A model generated the notes under the pieces. The model searched no databases, had not been told where the DNA came from, and saw only the letters and a list, made by a program, of their open reading frames with translations. The position numbers and the translations under genes were made by a program. From Candidatus Bathyarchaeia archaeon (GTDB taxonomy: Archaea; Thermoproteota; Bathyarchaeia; 40CM-2-53-6), in NCBI GenBank assembly GCA_049513715.1, contig JBEKVV010000001.1:64001-128000 (forward strand): a stretch of DNA of 64,000 bases. The letters are read 5' to 3'. Below, piece after piece: positions 59,436-64,000 of this stretch (within the stretch, counting starts at the first letter, position 1; each line of letters begins with the position of its first letter).

Positions 59436-60274
59436 AGACGCTCACCTCCTCTTCGGGCGGTCATTGTGGGCGCGACCAACACTCTTCGGGCCGCGTCCTC
59501 GTACCTTTCTCGGGCCAATGGCTGAGTCCGAAGTTCGTGCGTAGCGTATCCGGTCAGAGCATTCGCCAAGTCATATCGGGTGATCTCTGTAGTCCGCTCC
59601 AGCCTCGCAACGATTTTCTCGGAGACCCGAGGGCCGATGTCGAGGCGCTTCAGGACTGCGCTGGCGTCCTCTTCGATTCTCTCCGTCGCGGCTCTCTGAA
59701 CCATCTTCTCAAATTCTGGTCTTTGCTGCCTGATTCTGCGTATGGCGAATCGCACCCAGTTTCGTACGTTGCTGCTTCCTGTGTGGATTTTTCGGGCGGC
59801 CAGTTCGCGTGTCCAGGCGTGGAGTCCGTTCTGGCAGATTTTGCGCCAGGCATAGTACGCGGCGGTGACCGCGCTGGATCCGTCCAGGCTGTTTCCGAAG
59901 ACGACCCCGTCGCGGTAGGTGTCTCCCGGAAGCGGCAGGAATTCCTCTGGGGATAGGGCGGTAACCCAGATTCGCCCCTCCATGCTCCAGCAGTCGACTC
60001 TTCCGCGTGAGCCGTCGAGTCCGAGTTCGGCGAACTGTGTGACGACTGCTTTCACAAGGTCTCTGTGCTGGACTACTCGGTAGTTTTTCCCGGCGACCTG
60101 CCATATGTGGTCGGCAGTACAGATGGCTCTGTAGTCGCCGCTGTTGCTCCACCTTCGTGCTCCCGCGAGCCTCGATAGCGGAACTGCTTCGGCGACGGGC
60201 AGACGGTCGGCCACCGCGAGAAGCTGATCCAGGCTCTCGAACTCGTAGCTGGAAAACTTCGCTGCACTATTCAA
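59432..60274 (-). CDS. DUF932 (TIGR03299-like) phage/plasmid protein
   Basis: YRVVQH, NSLDGS, RKICQNG, IHTG. Confidence 0.8.
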   Translation of the reverse strand: MNSAAKFSSYEFESLDQLLAVADRLPVAEAVPLSRLAGARRWSNSGDYRAICTADHIWQVAGKNYRVVQHRDLVKAVVTQFAELGLDGSRGRVDCWSMEGRIWVTALSPEEFLPLPGDTYRDGVVFGNSLDGSSAVTAAYYAWRKICQNGLHAWTRELAARKIHTGSSNVRNWVRFAIRRIRQQRPEFEKMVQRAATERIEEDASAVLKRLDIGPRVSEKIVARLERTTEITRYDLANALTGYATHELRTQPLARERYEDAARRVLVAPTMTARRGGERL

Positions 60275-60503
60275 TTCGGCTCCACCTCCACACTCGTTTC
60301 TTCGCAGTCGTTCGTTCGGTCGGATGGGACGCGGCTTGTACTAGCAGCCTCCCAAATTCTCGATTCATTCATTTCCCAAACACCTCCTTGGTGCGGGCGG
60401 TCAGCGTTCACAAAATTTCGTTTGTCCGGCAGAGCTTCCGCTGACCAGAGGAAGCCTGCACGGTTTTAGGAATTAGCGTGAAACGATCGTCTATCTCGGC
60501 TAC

Positions 60504-60522
60504 TTCGGTAACGATATTTAGT
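60504..60522 (+). promoter_or_regulatory. Element-borne copy of the tRNA promoter
   Basis: Identical 19-mer to 30647-30665. Confidence 0.7.
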
Positions 60523-60614
60523 CGCGTGGAACGGATAGTGTGCTTGGCGAGGAGTAGCGTCCGGCGGCGTCGTGGGCGACCCGTTCGGGGATGCTAACCT
60601 TCGTCCAATATTGG

Positions 60615-60632
60615 GCGGGGGTTGCCAAACCT
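60615..60632 (+). repeat. attR: 18-bp direct repeat
   Basis: Identical to 30757-30774. Confidence 0.9.
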
Positions 60633-60746
60633 TCAGTTCGATTTGAAGGGGCGAGGCCAGGTCAAAGGCGCAGAGCACGTAAGCGCGGAAGGCTTAGGAC
60701 CCTGTCCCGTAGGGGTTCCGGGGTTCGAATCCCCGCCCCCGCACCA
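60615..60746 (+). tRNA. tRNA-Leu(TAG) with two non-canonical introns (60629-60655 at 14/15; 60674-60690 at 29/30), CCA encoded
   Basis: Splicing gives an 88-nt cloverleaf: GCGGGGG/CCCCCGC acceptor, CAGGG-CTTAGGA-CCCTG anticodon arm, long variable arm, CGGGG-TTCGAAT-CCCCG T arm. Confidence 0.92.
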
Positions 60747-61248
60747 TTCGCGTATAACATATGCTAGACGTAATTTTCATGGGACGACGCGTGCGTTTCA
60801 ATATGCGGTGTAGTTTTGGGGGGGGGAAAAACACGTTACCCGTCCCTAATCGTGGTGGAGAACTGCGTTATCACAAACAGCTGCACACATGTACCGGCAA
60901 GTTGGGGTCAAAGTCCCCTGACCCATCTCTGAATACGAATTATGTGAAACAGCGTCCGTTAGCATGTCCGCCATCCGGCCCACGCGAGCTTTCTCCCAAC
61001 CTATTCAGGTTCTCTTGCTTCCGTAATTTCAGCCAACTATCAACTTACGCACGAGGTCGCTGAGCGCCCATCTCTCCTTCTGGGCGACGCCCTTCACATG
61101 TGCGAAGAGCAAGCGCGGGACACGAATCGACCACCGCCTATAACGCATGATCGACGCCGCCGCTCCGTGCTCATGCTGTTCTGGGAGGCGGCCTTAACGG
61201 GTCTTTCAATGGAAGATATTACGTGATTTCTGCGGCATTGGACACTTG

Positions 61249-61740
61249 CTAAAACAAATCTTTCGTAGTGTAAGGTTTCTCTTTCATCACAGCCTTAGCG
61301 AGTCTCTCCCCCAAGTCAGCCGCATGTGCTTTGTCTACTTCCCATGGGAGGGCACGTCCAGGCACGGTTTCTATTGCTATGCCGGGTCTCACAAATTCCG
61401 GATTAAAGACTCCAACAATTCGCTCGATATTCTCTAGGGCCGCCGCTTGATCCCCCGATCCAGTTGTGAACACAGCTGCCGGCTTGCCCGCCATATTGTC
61501 CCGTACCGGATAGATGTCGGTCAGGGCTGTCAGAATCTTGCCAGACATAATGCCAAAATGAGATGGAGAGCCAAACGCGCAACCGTCCGCCGCGATGACA
61601 TCCTGCGCGGTGACCGAGTCGGCAGTCTTCAATTCTACTGTAACCTTTGAGGCTCTTCTTGCTCCTTCAGCCACAACGTCAGCAACTTTCTTAGTCATGC
61701 CGTCTCGGGAGTCATAAATTATGAGGATCTTAGAAGGCGT
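61249..61740 (-). CDS. Flavodoxin/WrbA-like protein (probable ACG start)
   Basis: KILIIYDSRDGMTKKVA, FGSPSHFG, GKPAAVFTTG. Confidence 0.85.
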   Translation of the reverse strand, partial: TPSKILIIYDSRDGMTKKVADVVAEGARRASKVTVELKTADSVTAQDVIAADGCAFGSPSHFGIMSGKILTALTDIYPVRDNMAGKPAAVFTTGSGDQAAALENIERIVGVFNPEFVRPGIAIETVPGRALPWEVDKAHAADLGERLAKAVMKEKPYTTKDLF

Positions 61741-61943
61741 CTATGTCACCCACGGAATGTGGTTGTTTGTCGGTCTCGATAAATGTTGCTCAAATAGCCA
61801 CCCGACCCACGCGCAATAGACCGTGATTGTTCATGCTAGTTATGGGAAGGATCCCCAACAACTTCTCTTATCTATTCAAGCCGAGCATGGCGTGTGATCT
61901 TTCATGACCTGACGCGCCCCCACGGACGCGGATGGAGCAGTAG

Positions 61944-62135
61944 ATGCCAACTTTAATTCGGAACACCACCTGTTCTCTTTGTTTTGAGCGGGGCGACTTA
62001 GTCGCTGTTCTGCGCAGGTACACGTCGCCTGTGGATGGGGCGGAACGGTTGTACGAGTACAGGCGGTTCTATCACTGTGAGGACGGCGGCTTGCAAGTAT
62101 GCCACTTGTGCGGCAGCGGTCGACTACTTCAGTGA
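61944..62135 (+). CDS. Small Cys-rich (zinc-finger-like) protein
   Basis: CSLC...CHLCG. Confidence 0.45.
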   Translation: MPTLIRNTTCSLCFERGDLVAVLRRYTSPVDGAERLYEYRRFYHCEDGGLQVCHLCGSGRLLQ

Positions 62136-62509
62136 GAAGGTATAGGGCGTTAAGGGGGCTAATGCTCAGGAAATGTTCCGTTTCCACGTAGAAACACACT
62201 GCTTCAGTGAGATCCGCGGTAGCTGAAACCTGCAGAAGTCTATCTGCCTAGTACCTTCTCTACTGTCAGCAGCTATCATGGAGAGCGTAGACACTGTGCC
62301 GGGTGGTATAGATGACTGAGGTATTATTCGGTTTCATGAAACATAACACGAGATGCGTGTTAAGCCACTGTTTTTGTTTTCAGGGATTGACTCTGTTCGT
62401 TTTTTGTTGTGGGTAGTTCGATTATTCCACTTTGCAACTAGTTAGAGCAATTCGCTTGAGGTATATGTAGACGCAAAGGGTGAAATAGCACCGTTTTTCT
62501 TCATTAGGC

Positions 62510-64000
62510 ATGCTAGCTAGGTCGAAGATTGCAGCCTTACTTGTAGTCGTTATCTCATCCGTGATGCTTGTCCACTCAGTTGCTGGGGTTAACCCGGTTC
62601 ACCTAGGGATTGTGTGTGGTGGATGTCCTGCAGGTGGCCCCGTACCCGCCGGTTCAACGTTCCATATCACGTTCTATACTGATGTCGGGGAAAACGGGCA
62701 CATCAACATCTATGATCGACCGTCCGGCGATCCTACTCACATTTGGAACAGCGGATCGTTAGCGATTAGTGGCGGGCTTGCCTACGACGTGGTTCCCACG
62801 GTCATAAACACACCTGGGACTTACATAGCCGGCGCCACGTTCACAGACGCGAGCGCAACCACCTACTCGATGGAAAGGACTTTCCTAGTGACCGGTTCTG
62901 GCTCTGGGTTGACGGACTGGGCCGTGCTGTCCGTTTCGCTAAGCCCAACTAACCCACATGTTGGGGATCCAGTTATTTTCAAGATGGATATGACGGCGCT
63001 CTCGTCATCCGCACCGTTCCCGCAAAACTTCAACGCTCAATGCCAAATTGATGGAGCAGACTGTGGTGGTGGATTTGTCAGCTATCCCGGCCCAGCAGGA
63101 ACTCCGGCAACTGTGAGTGCCGGGACGCCGTGGATGGCGACGCCTGGAACGCACATACTTACTTGGTCCATTTCCACAGCCGACGATTCAAACCCGAGTA
63201 ACAACGTGATGAGCCAAAGCTTCACAGTGACCTCCCCAACCCCCTTTGACTTCTCAATTGCCGCCTCACCGCCTCAGCAGACTGTGACTCCGGGAGGGGG
63301 TGTGGTTTTCACTGTGAGCGTAACAATGGTATCTGGGGCAGCGCAGAGCATCATACTATCCTTAACCGGAGCACCCGCGGGAGTTACTGGTACTTTCAGC
63401 CCCGCCTCAGGCACGCCCTCGTTCACTTCCACACTAAGTATCGTGACCACTTCATCGGCTCCTCCGGGAACGTTTCCGTTGACCATTACTGGAAGTGGGG
63501 GAGGTGTAACCCACTCTGCTCAAGTGATCTTGATAATCTCGCAGGCTCCGCCTCCACCCGACTTTTCAATCGCGGTGAGCCCCACAAGTCAAAGTGGGCT
63601 GCAGGGACAGGCGGTTTCGTACTCGGTGAATGCAGCACCCCTGAATGGGTTCAACTCAATAGTCGCATTGTCAGTAACAGGGTTGCCTTCCGGCTCCACC
63701 GGAGCCTTCAGCCCTGCCTCTGGAATTCCTAACTTCGTCTCAACGCTCACTATTCTGCTCCCCCCGGGAGTTACACCAGGTTCATTCACTTTGACAGTGA
63801 CTGGGACAGGCGGTGGGCTAAGCAGAATGGCGACCATAGCCCTAATCGTCAACCAAACCCCAGCAACGCAGACATCCTCAACTGAAGCATCAAGCACAAC
63901 AAGTACGTCGAGCACGCAGGCTGTCACCAATCTGCCGGCCATGAGTGACCTGATGAGTATGCTGCAGCAGAATCCCCTACTCCTAGTCGGAGGCATCGTT
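62510..64000 (+). CDS. Cell-surface protein with CARDB/Ig-like domains (runs off window)
   Basis: Signal peptide MLARSKIAALLVVV; DWAVLSVSLSP..VGD, DSNPSNN, DFSIAASP repeats, S/T linker. Confidence 0.85.
   Translation, partial: MLARSKIAALLVVVISSVMLVHSVAGVNPVHLGIVCGGCPAGGPVPAGSTFHITFYTDVGENGHINIYDRPSGDPTHIWNSGSLAISGGLAYDVVPTVINTPGTYIAGATFTDASATTYSMERTFLVTGSGSGLTDWAVLSVSLSPTNPHVGDPVIFKMDMTALSSSAPFPQNFNAQCQIDGADCGGGFVSYPGPAGTPATVSAGTPWMATPGTHILTWSISTADDSNPSNNVMSQSFTVTSPTPFDFSIAASPPQQTVTPGGGVVFTVSVTMVSGAAQSIILSLTGAPAGVTGTFSPASGTPSFTSTLSIVTTSSAPPGTFPLTITGSGGGVTHSAQVILIISQAPPPPDFSIAVSPTSQSGLQGQAVSYSVNAAPLNGFNSIVALSVTGLPSGSTGAFSPASGIPNFVSTLTILLPPGVTPGSFTLTVTGTGGGLSRMATIALIVNQTPATQTSSTEASSTTSTSSTQAVTNLPAMSDLMSMLQQNPLLLVGGIV

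Larger units (their letters stand above)
30757..60632. mobile_element. ~29.9-kb integrative element / defence island inserted in tRNA-Leu(TAG)
   Basis: Direct repeats, terminal tyrosine integrase, primpol, DUF932, R-M cargo; no capsid or mating-pair genes recognised. Confidence 0.88.

Noticed and set aside
30757..60632. Calling the element a provirus or conjugative element
   Set aside because: No capsid, terminase, relaxase or multi-TM mating-pair genes recognised

Overview
Archaeal chromosome window. Gene content (many zinc-ribbon proteins, an eL22-like gene, tRNA introns with bulge-helix-bulge motifs) suggests Bathyarchaeia/TACK; this is inference. Positions 1-30.2 kb are host genes: a cluster of zinc-ribbon/coiled-coil, surface and DnaJ proteins, a nucleobase/nucleoside salvage locus with an aldehyde:ferredoxin oxidoreductase, a CydAA'-type bd oxidase and housekeeping genes. 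Positions 30757-60632 are a ~29.9-kb integrated element (tyrosine integrase, primase-polymerase/helicase, DUF932, AbrB/RHH regulators) bounded by an 18-bp direct repeat that is the 5' end of a two-intron tRNA-Leu(TAG). The element appears to carry its own copy of the tRNA promoter and a sequence-divergent but structurally similar 5' leader, which would keep the tRNA expressed. Its cargo is a defence island: a HEPN + HhH-glycosylase-like pair, a type I R-M operon with a PIN nuclease inserted between hsdM and hsdS, a candidate undescribed system (orphan methyltransferase + wHTH protein + BrxD-like ATPase + membrane-anchored protein), and further HEPN-like genes. All family calls come from motif recognition by eye; no searches were run.
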